From an uncultured Bifidobacteriaceae bacterium (lineage in GTDB: Bacteria; Actinomycetota; Thermoleophilia; Miltoncostaeales; Miltoncostaeaceae), in NCBI GenBank assembly GCA_964531025.1, contig CAZHDY010000002.1:167661-231660 (forward strand): a DNA stretch of 64,000 bases. The letters are read 5' to 3'. Of this stretch, positions 1 through 8,301 are shown piece after piece. Position 1 is the first letter of the stretch, and the number at the start of each line of letters is the position of its first letter. The notes under the pieces were generated by a model, which saw only the letters and a list, made by a program, of their open reading frames with translations, did not search any database and had not been told where the DNA came from. The translations under genes and the position numbers were made by a program.

Positions 1-957
1 GATGCTCGTGCGAGCGAGATCGTATCCGTCGCCGATGTCGTCGGCGACCCCCGCGGCGACGAGGCCGGCGGCGGCGTTCAGCGCGACGATGTCGGTGGCG
101 GGTCCCCCGCTGCGGGCCTCGAGGATGCGCCGGATGACGTCGGCGTTCTCGGAGGGCTCGCCGCCGGCGAGGGCCCCTGGGGCCGGCGGGGCGATTCCGA
201 GGGAGGTGGGATCGAAGCGCCAGCGGCGGATGCCGTCGGGGGTGATGTCGATCACCTCGCTGGGCGACGACGTGGAGAACTCGTCCAGCCCGTCGTCCGA
301 GGAGACCAGGATGGTGCGCTCGGTGCCGAGGTCCGCAATGGCGGCCGCGATGCGGTCGAGGTACGAGCGGTCGGCGATGCCGATCACCTGGTGCCGCACC
401 CCGGCGGGGTTGGCGAGGGGTCCGAGGATGTTGAACACCGTACGGACCGCGAGGGCACGGCGCACCGGGACCACGTGCTTGAAGGCCGGGTGGAACGACG
501 GCGCGAACATGAACCCGATCCCGGTCTCGTCCATGCTGCGGGCGACACCCTCGGCGGGCAGGTCGACCACTGCTCCCAGCGCCTCGAGGACGTCGGCGCT
601 GCCGCTGCGTGAGGTCGAAGACCGGTTGCCGTGCTTGGCCACCACCACGCCGGCCCCGGCGACCACGAACGCGGCCGCGGTTGAGACGTTGAACGTGGAT
701 GCGCCACCGCCGGTGCCGCACGTGTCGACGAACACGTCGTGCTCCACCGTCACCTTGGTGCTGTGGTCACGAACCGCCGACACGAGTCCCGCCAACTCCG
801 ACGCCGACTCGCCCTTGGCCCGGAGGCCGATGAGGAACGCGGCGGTCTGGATGGGGTCGATCTCACCACCCATGATCCGGTTCAGCGCCTCGGCCGCACC
901 CTCGCGCCCCAGATCCTCCTCGTCCAGCAGGCGGTCGATGACGTCCGCGATGCTCAT
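1..957 (-). CDS. trpD: anthranilate phosphoribosyltransferase; the 3' end runs off the left edge of the window
   Basis: Absent from the ORF track because no stop codon lies in the window. My reverse translation from ATG 957 gives MSIADVIDRLLDEEDLGREGAAEALNRIMGGEIDPIQTAAFLIGLRAKGES..., then ...DTCGTGGGASTFNVSTAAAFVVAGAGVVVAKHGNRSSTSRSGSADVLEALG, which are classical TrpD blocks. ATGA overlap with the trpG stop at 954-957. Confidence 0.88.
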   Translation of the reverse strand, partial: MSIADVIDRLLDEEDLGREGAAEALNRIMGGEIDPIQTAAFLIGLRAKGESASELAGLVSAVRDHSTKVTVEHDVFVDTCGTGGGASTFNVSTAAAFVVAGAGVVVAKHGNRSSTSRSGSADVLEALGAVVDLPAEGVARSMDETGIGFMFAPSFHPAFKHVVPVRRALAVRTVFNILGPLANPAGVRHQVIGIADRSYLDRIAAAIADLGTERTILVSSDDGLDEFSTSSPSEVIDITPDGIRRWRFDPTSLGIAPPAPGALAGGEPSENADVIRRILEARSGGPATDIVALNAAAGLVAAGVADDIGDGYDLARTSI

Positions 958-1526
958 GCGGTCATCTCCAGGAAGTTCGTGAGCATCGTCTTGCCGGCCG
1001 TGGTCAGGATGGACTCCGGATGGAACTGCACGCCCTCGATGGGCAGCGTCCGGTGGCGCAGGCCCATGATGACGTCGTCGTCGCACCAGGCGCTGACCTC
1101 GAGCGTGTCGGGAACGTCGGTGACGACCAGGGAGTGGTAGCGGGTGGCGCTCATGGGGTTGTCGATCCCGGCGAACACGGTTCGCCCGTCGTGGCGCACG
1201 TCGCTCGTCTTTCCGTGCATGGGTTCGGGTCCCCGCACGACCCGCGCGCCGAACGCCTGCCCGATCGCCTGATGGCCCAGGCAGACTCCGAGGATCGGGA
1301 TCTCACCGGCGAAGGCCTGGATGGCGTCCACGGAGATGCCGGCCTCGGTCGGCGTCTTGGGGCCGGGCGAGACCACGAGGTGGGTGGGCTTCATCGCGCG
1401 CACGGCGGCCACATCGACTGCGTCGTTGCGATGCACGACGACCTCGGCCCCGAGCTCCGCGAAGTACTGGAAGAGGTTGTAGGTGAAGCTGTCGTAGTTG
1501 TCGATGATGACGACACGCTGGCCCAT
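954..1526 (-). CDS. trpG: anthranilate synthase component II (glutamine amidotransferase, TrpG/PabA type)
   Basis: 190 aa beginning MGQRVVIIDNYDSFTYNL. Has the GVCLGHQ catalytic Cys block and QFHPES near the C-terminus. Lies between trpE and trpD. Confidence 0.9.
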   Translation of the reverse strand: MGQRVVIIDNYDSFTYNLFQYFAELGAEVVVHRNDAVDVAAVRAMKPTHLVVSPGPKTPTEAGISVDAIQAFAGEIPILGVCLGHQAIGQAFGARVVRGPEPMHGKTSDVRHDGRTVFAGIDNPMSATRYHSLVVTDVPDTLEVSAWCDDDVIMGLRHRTLPIEGVQFHPESILTTAGKTMLTNFLEMTA

Positions 1527-1537
1527 GATCTCCCTCC

Positions 1538-3040
1538 CTACCAGTCCGCCTGACGTGCGGCCAGGTCGATGGCGCCGAACGGGCCCGCCGCCTTGTTCTC
1601 CGACTCCTCGAACTCGGTCTCGGGCACCGAGTCGGCGACGACCCCCGCACCGGCCTGCACGTGCGCCACACCGTCCTTGATGACGATGGTGCGGATGGTG
1701 ATGCAGGTATCCAGATCACCGTCGAAGCCCACGTAGCCGACGGCTCCGCCGTACGGGCCGCGTTTCGTGGGCTCCAGCTCGTCGATGATCTCCATGGCCC
1801 GGACCTTCGGGGCCCCCGAGAGGGTTCCCGCGGGAAACGTGGACCGCAACGCGTCGACCGCGTGCCGTCCCTCGGTCAGGGTGCCGATGACGCTGCTCTC
1901 GATGTGCATGACATGACTGTAGAGGTGAACCCCCATCAGCTCCTTCACATGCACCGAACCCGGCTGCGAGACGCGGCCCAGGTCGTTGCGGCCCAGATCG
2001 ACGAGCATGACATGCTCGGCGCGTTCCTTGGGGTCGGCCAAGAGCTCGTCGGCCAGCTCGCGGTCCTCGGCCATGGTCTCGCCGCGCGGTCGGGTACCCG
2101 CGATCGGGCGGGTCTCGACGGTGCCGTCGTGCACCTTCACCAGCATCTCGGGCGAGCTTCCCACCAGCGTGACGTCACCGAAGTCCACGAAGAACATGTA
2201 GGGCGAGGGGTTCACGGTGCGAAGGCCGCGGTAGATCGCGAACGGATCGAGGTTCGTCTCGACCGAGAAGCGCTGCGAGGGGACCACCTGGAACGCGTCG
2301 CCGGCGAACACGTACTCGCGCACGCGCTCGACGGCGTCGCAGAAGGCCTCGCGGGTGGTGTTGCTGGTGAGCGCCCCCACATACGGGGCCTCGACGCGCG
2401 GACGCTCGGGTACCGGACCGGACAGGCGCAGCCGGATCGCCTGGATCTGACTCAATGCGAGGTCGTAGTTCTCGTCGATATCGCCCTCGAGCGAGCACGG
2501 GACGATGATCGTCATCGACCGGCGGAGGTGGTCGAACTGCACCACGGGCCCGGTGATCATCATCTGCAGGTCGGCGATACCCCGGTCGTCGTGGGGGACG
2601 TCAGGCAGGCGCTCGACGGTGCGGACCAGGTCGTAGCCCATGTAGCCCACCGCACCGCCGTAGAAGGCGATGTCCTCTCCCACCGGCGGGGCCATGTCGA
2701 CCATTCCCAGCACCTCGGGGAGCGCCGCGAAGGGATCCGCGACGTCCAGGCGCTCGACGGCCCCGTCCGACCAGATGACGCCGACCTCGTCCCCGTCGGC
2801 GCGAACCACGGCCTGCGGATGGATGCCGATGAACGAGTAGCGCCCCAGCCGCTGCCCCTCCTCAGCGGACTCGAGCAGGAAGCACGGCCCGTCGTCCCGC
2901 AGCTTCAGGAAGGCGCTGACCGGCGTGTCGCAGTCCGCGATGAACGTGTGTGCCAGGGGGATCTGCCGGGAGCCCTTCGCGTGGGTGACGATCTCATCGC
3001 GCGTGGGCACCACATGCAGTTCGCCGACGTGATCGGACAT
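1538..3040 (-). CDS. trpE: anthranilate synthase component I
   Basis: Track ORF is 1538..3106. I start it at ATG 3040 (MSDHVGELHV...), 5 nt after the hisIE stop. Chorismate-binding family blocks run throughout (LVDLGRNDLGRV, GTLSGAPKVRAMEII, RGPYGGAVGY). Confidence 0.9.
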   Translation of the reverse strand: MSDHVGELHVVPTRDEIVTHAKGSRQIPLAHTFIADCDTPVSAFLKLRDDGPCFLLESAEEGQRLGRYSFIGIHPQAVVRADGDEVGVIWSDGAVERLDVADPFAALPEVLGMVDMAPPVGEDIAFYGGAVGYMGYDLVRTVERLPDVPHDDRGIADLQMMITGPVVQFDHLRRSMTIIVPCSLEGDIDENYDLALSQIQAIRLRLSGPVPERPRVEAPYVGALTSNTTREAFCDAVERVREYVFAGDAFQVVPSQRFSVETNLDPFAIYRGLRTVNPSPYMFFVDFGDVTLVGSSPEMLVKVHDGTVETRPIAGTRPRGETMAEDRELADELLADPKERAEHVMLVDLGRNDLGRVSQPGSVHVKELMGVHLYSHVMHIESSVIGTLTEGRHAVDALRSTFPAGTLSGAPKVRAMEIIDELEPTKRGPYGGAVGYVGFDGDLDTCITIRTIVIKDGVAHVQAGAGVVADSVPETEFEESENKAAGPFGAIDLAARQADW

Positions 3041-3045
3041 GGTGG

Positions 3046-3681
3046 TCACCGGCGGGACTCGAGCTCCGCGGCCACCTCGCCCATGCTCACGCCGGTCTTC
3101 TGCCACAGCACCGCGAGGTGGTACAGCAGGTCGGCGCTCTCGTAGACGATCTGTTCGTGTTCATCGCCCTTGGCCGCGAGCACCACCTCGGTGGCCTCCT
3201 CGCCGACCTTCTTGCACACGGTGTCGATGCCGCGGTCGAGCAGACTGGCGGTGTAGGACGACGACGGGTCCGCCTCGGCGGCGCGCGTCGCGATCACGTC
3301 GACCAGACGGCCGAGGGCGGCGAACGGCTGGGCGTCGGATCCGGCGAGGGTGTCGGAGAAACAGGTCTCGGCGCCGGTGTGGCAGGCGGGCCCGGCCGGG
3401 TCGACCAGGACCACGAGCGCGTCGCCGTCACAGTCGAGGAGGATGCCGCGCACGGCCTGGGTGTTGCCGCTGGTGGCGCCCTTGTGCCACAGCTCTTCGC
3501 GTGAACGGCTCCAGAACCAGGTCTCGCCCTCGGCGATCGTGCGCTCGAGCGATGCCCGGGACATGTAGGCGACGGTCAGCACACGGCCGGTGGAGGCGTC
3601 CTGCACCACGGCGGGCACGAGCCCGTCCGACCCTGGCGTGACGCGCGAGAGCACCTCATCGACGACGGGGATCGCGCTCAT
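3046..3681 (-). CDS. hisIE: bifunctional phosphoribosyl-AMP cyclohydrolase / phosphoribosyl-ATP pyrophosphatase
   Basis: Track ORF is 3046..3726. The ATG at 3681 ([10 protein letters not shown]...) makes an ATGA overlap with the deoC stop. The HisI part has [28 protein letters not shown] and [20 protein letters not shown]. The HisE part has [26 protein letters not shown]. Confidence 0.88.
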   Translation of the reverse strand: MSAIPVVDEVLSRVTPGSDGLVPAVVQDASTGRVLTVAYMSRASLERTIAEGETWFWSRSREELWHKGATSGNTQAVRGILLDCDGDALVVLVDPAGPACHTGAETCFSDTLAGSDAQPFAALGRLVDVIATRAAEADPSSSYTASLLDRGIDTVCKKVGEEATEVVLAAKGDEHEQIVYESADLLYHLAVLWQKTGVSMGEVAAELESRR

Positions 3682-4364
3682 CCGGCCTTCGCCAGTTCCT
3701 TCAGGATCTTGAGGGAGGTGCTGCATCCCAGACGCGCGGCCCCCGCGTTGATCATGTCCTCGGCCATGGCGAGCGTCTTGATGCCCCCGGACGCCTTCAC
3801 CCCCACGCCCTCCGGCAGGGCCTCCCGCATGAGCTCGACGTCCTCCAGCCGCACCGCGGTCTCGGACGTGCTCGTCTTGGCGAAGTCCGCGCCGGCGTCG
3901 GCGACGATCTTGCAGGCGAGGCGTTTCAGCTTGTCGTCGAGCAGCGGCGCCTCGATGGAGACCTTCACGATGACGGCGCCGCGCGCGTCGTTGACCGCGC
4001 GTGACTGCACCGCTCGCACCAGGGTGGCGAGCTCGTTACGCACGAAACCGAAGTCGCCCGAGCGGAGGGCCAGGACGTTCATGGTGACGTCGATCTCCTC
4101 GGCGCCGGCGCTCACACAGTGCTCGGCCGCGGCGATCTTGCTCTGCGGCAGGTCGGCACCGTACGGGTAGGCGACGACGGCACAGGTCTTGACGTCGCAC
4201 TCACGGAGCCGGTCCACCACGATCGGCAGGAACGTCGGAAACGTGCAGACACTCGCGAAGTGATGCTCGCGGGCCTCGTTACACGCGCGCTCGACATCCG
4301 CCTGGGTCGCACGGAGGTCCAGGAGAGTGTGATCGATCGTCTTGGCGAGTTCCTCAGGTTGGAT
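3678..4364 (-). CDS. deoC: deoxyribose-phosphate aldolase; start codon unresolved, possibly ATC at 4364
   Basis: The track starts at GTG 4220. The same frame upstream encodes the conserved DeoC N-terminus (..[45 protein letters not shown]). C-terminal blocks [10 protein letters not shown] and VKASGGIKT are present. See the finding on the start codon. Confidence 0.8.
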   Translation of the reverse strand: MQPEELAKTIDHTLLDLRATQADVERACNEAREHHFASVCTFPTFLPIVVDRLRECDVKTCAVVAYPYGADLPQSKIAAAEHCVSAGAEEIDVTMNVLALRSGDFGFVRNELATLVRAVQSRAVNDARGAVIVKVSIEAPLLDDKLKRLACKIVADAGADFAKTSTSETAVRLEDVELMREALPEGVGVKASGGIKTLAMAEDMINAGAARLGCSTSLKILKELAKAG

Positions 4365-4427
4365 CGTCGCACTCCCGACACACGGACATCATCGCGGCGA
4401 GTATAGCGAGATGGCAAAATCCCGCCC

Positions 4428-5276
4428 ATGCCGGAACTTCCGGAGATCCAGGCCGTCGTGGAGGGCCTCGACCGCGCGTTGGCCGGGCGGCGCGTGGTCG
4501 CCGCGCGTCAGCTCCATCCCTCCATCGTGAAGACGGCGAGCCCGGGATTGGGTGACATCGTGGAGAACACGGTGTCGTCGGCCTGGCGCCGCGGCAAGCT
4601 GATCGGGCTGACGATCGGCCCGTACGACCTGGTGGTCCACCCGATGCAGTCCGGTCGTGTGGCGCTGGCGCCGAAGATCGCGAACCGGCTGCCACGGTCG
4701 ACGGCGCTCACCCTCGACATGGACGACGGACGGCAGCTGCGGTTCCGCGAGGCCGCCAAAGAACACCGCGCCAGCGCCCACATCGTGCGCACCGAGGACC
4801 GGGAGACGCTCCCCCTCATCGCCCGGCTCGGGCCGGAGCCCCTGGGCCTGGCGCCCGAGGTATGGCGCGAGCGCCTCACGAACCCTCCGGGGCTGCTCCA
4901 CACGGCCATCCGGCAGGGGCGCCGGGTGGCGGGCATCGGCCGGGCATACGCCAGCGACATCATGTGGGCGGCGAAGCTGCCCCCGTTCGCCCGGACCAGC
5001 ACCATGACCGACGACCAGTTCGCTCGGCTGGCCACGGCCGCCGATACGGTGCTCACGCAGGCGCTGGAGCGCGCACGTCGCGACATCGACACCGACCTTC
5101 CCAACAGCGAGAAGCGCGTCACCCTGGTGCACGGGCAGGCGGGATCACCGTGCGTGCGCTGCGGCCGGACGCTGGAGCGCGTGTCGTTCGAGGGGTACGA
5201 GCTCGTCTACTGCCCGGACTGCCAGACCGACGGGAACGTCTACGCCGACCGCAGGATGTCGCGCCTATTGAGGTAA
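4428..5276 (+). CDS. Fpg/Nei family DNA glycosylase (formamidopyrimidine-DNA glycosylase / endonuclease VIII-like)
   Basis: N-terminal MPELPE catalytic motif. C-terminal zinc finger CVRCGRTLERVSFEGYELVYCPDC. 282 aa. Confidence 0.85.
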   Translation: MPELPEIQAVVEGLDRALAGRRVVAARQLHPSIVKTASPGLGDIVENTVSSAWRRGKLIGLTIGPYDLVVHPMQSGRVALAPKIANRLPRSTALTLDMDDGRQLRFREAAKEHRASAHIVRTEDRETLPLIARLGPEPLGLAPEVWRERLTNPPGLLHTAIRQGRRVAGIGRAYASDIMWAAKLPPFARTSTMTDDQFARLATAADTVLTQALERARRDIDTDLPNSEKRVTLVHGQAGSPCVRCGRTLERVSFEGYELVYCPDCQTDGNVYADRRMSRLLR

Positions 5277-5367
5277 ATGGCGGCCGACAAAGACCGAGCG
5301 ATCGACTGTATGCGCCGACTCCACCACTCATCTGATGGAGTCATCCCAACAGAATCAACCAGACGAC

Positions 5368-5395
5368 TTACAACTTTTCGTCGTTTCTATAGCAT
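5368..5395 (+). promoter_or_regulatory. possible sigma70-type promoter for the secreted-protein gene (TTACAA, 16 nt, TAGCAT)
   Basis: Lies in an AT-richer intergenic stretch. -35-like TTACAA at 5368-5373 and -10-like TAGCAT at 5390-5395. GAGGA Shine-Dalgarno at 5473-5477 ahead of ATG 5485. Confidence 0.3.
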
Positions 5396-5484
5396 CGCGC
5401 CACGAGCAAGGTTCGTACCGCACCGGTGGCGGGTGGCCCGCTTTCCCGGTGACGTAAAACAAACGCCATCATCGAGGACAGCCC

Positions 5485-7269
5485 ATGCGCACTCGTCACC
5501 CCGTTTCGCCCCGTACGCGGCGGATCGCCGGCGTCACATCACTCGCCGCCGTCTCAGCCCTCCTGCTCGGCACCGCGACGGCATCCGCACAGGACGCGGG
5601 TTCCAACCTGGTCACCAATCCCGGAGCCGAGGCCGTTACCGGATCCGACGCGAACTACGCGGACATCCCTGTCACCGGTTGGTCCCCGGAGACGGGCGCC
5701 TTCACCGCCGTGAAGTACGGCTCGGGCGAATTCCCGTCGATCGCCGTCGCGAATGCCGTCGGTGGTGGCAAGAACTTCTTCACCGGTGGTGCGGCGGCGG
5801 TGTCGTCCGGCCAGCAACGCATCGACCTGCAGGCATACGCCGCCACCATCGCCACCGGAACGGCTCCCTACACCCTGTCGGCATACCTCGGCGGTTTCGC
5901 CGACCAGCAGGACCACGCACAGGTGGACGCCCAGTTCCTCGGTGCGGGCGATGCGGTACTCGGAACGGCGACGCTCACACCGGTGACAGCGGCCGAGCGA
6001 TCGAACACCACGAACCTTCTCCCCCGATCGGCGTCGGGCACCGTCCCGGTCGGAACACTCGCGGTCCGCGTCGTGCTCACGCTCACGCGGAGCACAGGAA
6101 CCAGCAACGACGGCTACGCCGACAACATCGTGTTCTCACTCAATGCGCCGTCGACCGGCCAGCCGCGCGTCAGGATCGGCCCGGCCAAGGTGGTGGCGAA
6201 GCCGGCACCGAAGCCCGTTGTGAAGACGACGAAGCCGGTCCCCACACCCACCGGCGGCGCGCTGATCAAGGTCACGCCCACCACCACCTGTGCGACCATG
6301 ACGGCCACCAGCACGTTCACCCGGCCGGCGACGGCCGCCGGGGCGAAGACGGCCAAGGCGAAGGCGCAGAGCATGTACATCGGGGGCTTCGGCACGTCCA
6401 CCGCGAAGCTCCGAGGCGGTGGGACCGTCCTGCTCCCGCGCCAGGTCGTCACGGCGGTGATCCCGGGTCAGCAGGTGACGTTCAACGTCCAGCCCATCGT
6501 CGTACCCAAGACGCCGACGGCGAAGGTCGTCGACCCTCCCCCGACGAGGATCGCCACGACGGTGTCCTGCACGCCACCACGCTCAACGACCGCACTGAAG
6601 CCGGTGCTCGGACTCGGAGGCTCGCCGACCGCCGCCTCCAACGCGTTCGGGTCGCTCGTTCCGCAGTTCACCGCTGGCATCGCACGCCCCGCAAAGCCGG
6701 CCTCCACGACCACGGCGGTCAATCCGCGACCCACAACCCCGAGCACACCCGCCCAGCCGGTGACCCTCGTGCCGGGCGTCTGGAGCGGGAAGGTGAGCGG
6801 CACGGTCGCTGCGGGATCCGCAACGGCCCCGGCCGGTCAGGTCTCATTCACGGTCGATGAGAACGGGCGGGTGAGCAGGTTCGTCCTGCGGGGAGCCGAA
6901 CGATGCGTGACCCCGGCCGGTTCGCGCCAGGGCGGAAGCGTGACGTCGACGCCATGGTTCACGACAATCGCACTCAACAGGACGATCACGCTCTCTCCGG
7001 CCAACGGGTTCCCGAAGAGGGGCTTCGCCACCTACGCCTCGTCCGCGCGCTTCGGAACGAAGAGCATCAAGCTGGGAACCAGCATCGGCGCTCCAGGCCT
7101 CACCGCCCACTCGAAGGACTCCATCACCGGAACGGTGACGGCACTTCGCACCGAGCAGTTCCCGGGCAACCCGAACGCCACGGTTTCGTGTTCCCTGACG
7201 GCCTCGTTCTCGGCGAAGCCGGGCGGTGCCACCGTCAGCCCGGCGGACAGGGGTTACACCGACGACTGA
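5485..7269 (+). CDS. secreted protein of unknown function: Tat/Sec-like signal, N-terminal beta-sandwich (CBM/FBA-like) domain, Pro/Thr/Lys/Ala linker, unknown C-terminal domain
   Basis: The signal MRTRHPVSPRTRRIAGVTSLAAVSALLLGTATASA is followed by NLVTNPGAEAVTGS...GW...GQQRIDLQAY...YADNIVFSL. A low-complexity region PAKVVAKPAPKPVVKTTKPVPTPTGG follows. Confidence 0.75.
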   Translation: MRTRHPVSPRTRRIAGVTSLAAVSALLLGTATASAQDAGSNLVTNPGAEAVTGSDANYADIPVTGWSPETGAFTAVKYGSGEFPSIAVANAVGGGKNFFTGGAAAVSSGQQRIDLQAYAATIATGTAPYTLSAYLGGFADQQDHAQVDAQFLGAGDAVLGTATLTPVTAAERSNTTNLLPRSASGTVPVGTLAVRVVLTLTRSTGTSNDGYADNIVFSLNAPSTGQPRVRIGPAKVVAKPAPKPVVKTTKPVPTPTGGALIKVTPTTTCATMTATSTFTRPATAAGAKTAKAKAQSMYIGGFGTSTAKLRGGGTVLLPRQVVTAVIPGQQVTFNVQPIVVPKTPTAKVVDPPPTRIATTVSCTPPRSTTALKPVLGLGGSPTAASNAFGSLVPQFTAGIARPAKPASTTTAVNPRPTTPSTPAQPVTLVPGVWSGKVSGTVAAGSATAPAGQVSFTVDENGRVSRFVLRGAERCVTPAGSRQGGSVTSTPWFTTIALNRTITLSPANGFPKRGFATYASSARFGTKSIKLGTSIGAPGLTAHSKDSITGTVTALRTEQFPGNPNATVSCSLTASFSAKPGGATVSPADRGYTDD

Positions 7270-7280
7270 ACGGACGTACG

Positions 7281-7306
7281 GGGGCGGCGGAACATGCCGC
7301 CGCCCC
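7281..7306. terminator. bidirectional GC hairpin between convergent genes (secreted protein and era)
   Basis: ggggcggcgg (7281-7290) pairs with ccgccgcccc (7297-7306). That is 10 perfect bp with the 6-nt loop aacatg. No U-tract. Confidence 0.6.
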
Positions 7307-7379
7307 TGAGGAGACCCGGTGGTTCCCAACATCGGGTCTTCCGGAATCACCGGCACGTCCCCGCCCGGCGACTCCCACG

Positions 7380-8267
7380 TCAGAGACCCAGGCGATCCAG
7401 CATCGTGTCGTCGCGACGCCAGTGCTTCCGCACCTTCACGGTGAGGTCCGTGTGGATCGTCTCGCCCAGCACGCGACTGAGGGTCGTTCGCGATGCCTCG
7501 CCGATCGCGCGGATCATCTGGCCACCCTTCCCCACCAGGATGCCCTTCTGCGACTGGGTCTCGACGAGGATCGCCGCGCGGATGACACTGCCGTCATTCG
7601 CCGGCTCGATGCTCTCGATCTGCACCGCGAGCGAGTGCGGGACCTCGTCGCGCACACGGCGCAGCGCGGCCTCGCGGATGAGCTCTGCGGCCAGTTCCTC
7701 GTCGGTCTGATCGGTCGCCATGCCGTCGGGGAAGTACCGCGGCCCGACCGGCAGCGCGCCTGCGAGCGTCTCGCGGAGGGCGTCGAGCCCGTCGCCGGTG
7801 GTGGCGCTGACCGGATGGAGTTCCACGAACGGCACCAGTTGGGAGGCCTCGGCCAGCTTCAGCGCGATCTGATCGCGCGGGACCCCGTCCACCTTGTTGA
7901 CCACCGTGACGACGGGGAGCTTCGACGCGACCAGGCGTTCGGCGATGAAGCGGTCACCTCGCCCGATCTCCTCCTGGGCGTTTACCATGAAGACGGCGAG
8001 ATCGCAGTCCTCCAGCGTGGCGTCGACGGTGTCCTGCATGCGGCGGGTGAGCGCGTCCGCGGGCTTCTGGAAGCCGGGCATGTCGATGAGCACGGCCTGC
8101 CAGCGCTCGCCGTTCACGATGGCGCGGACCCGGCGGCGGGTGGTCTGGGGTCGCGACGAGACCGCCGCCACATGGAGGCCCGCCAGGGCGTTCGCCAGCG
8201 TGGACTTCCCCACGTTGGGGCGCCCCGCCAACGCCACGATGCCCGAACGGAACCCGTCCGCGCTCAC
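7380..8267 (-). CDS. era: GTPase Era
   Basis: IVALAGRPNVGKSTLANAL P-loop, a DMPG G3 motif, NKVD, and a C-terminal KH domain. Synteny with ybeY-dgkA. Confidence 0.92.
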   Translation of the reverse strand: MSADGFRSGIVALAGRPNVGKSTLANALAGLHVAAVSSRPQTTRRRVRAIVNGERWQAVLIDMPGFQKPADALTRRMQDTVDATLEDCDLAVFMVNAQEEIGRGDRFIAERLVASKLPVVTVVNKVDGVPRDQIALKLAEASQLVPFVELHPVSATTGDGLDALRETLAGALPVGPRYFPDGMATDQTDEELAAELIREAALRRVRDEVPHSLAVQIESIEPANDGSVIRAAILVETQSQKGILVGKGGQMIRAIGEASRTTLSRVLGETIHTDLTVKVRKHWRRDDTMLDRLGL

Positions 8268-8301
8268 AGGCGATCCCGAGATGTGCCGGTGCGGTGTGGG
8301 A

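Noticed and set aside
2-982. 326-aa plus-strand ORF at the left edge.
   Set aside because: It is antisense to a clearly recognisable trpD reading frame. Its translation is Arg/Ser/Ala/Pro-rich low-complexity sequence, typical of wrong-frame ORFs in high-GC DNA.
5338-5362. Possible fourth degenerate copy of the inverted-repeat element end (tcatcccaacagaatcaaccagac) downstream of the Fpg/Nei gene.
   Set aside because: Only about 17 of 24 positions match one terminus. No core or second terminus is recognisable.
5277-6860. 527-aa plus-strand ORF overlapping the secreted-protein gene in another frame.
   Set aside because: It has extreme Arg/His/Gly content and no motif. The 5485..7269 frame has a signal peptide, an SD and normal composition.
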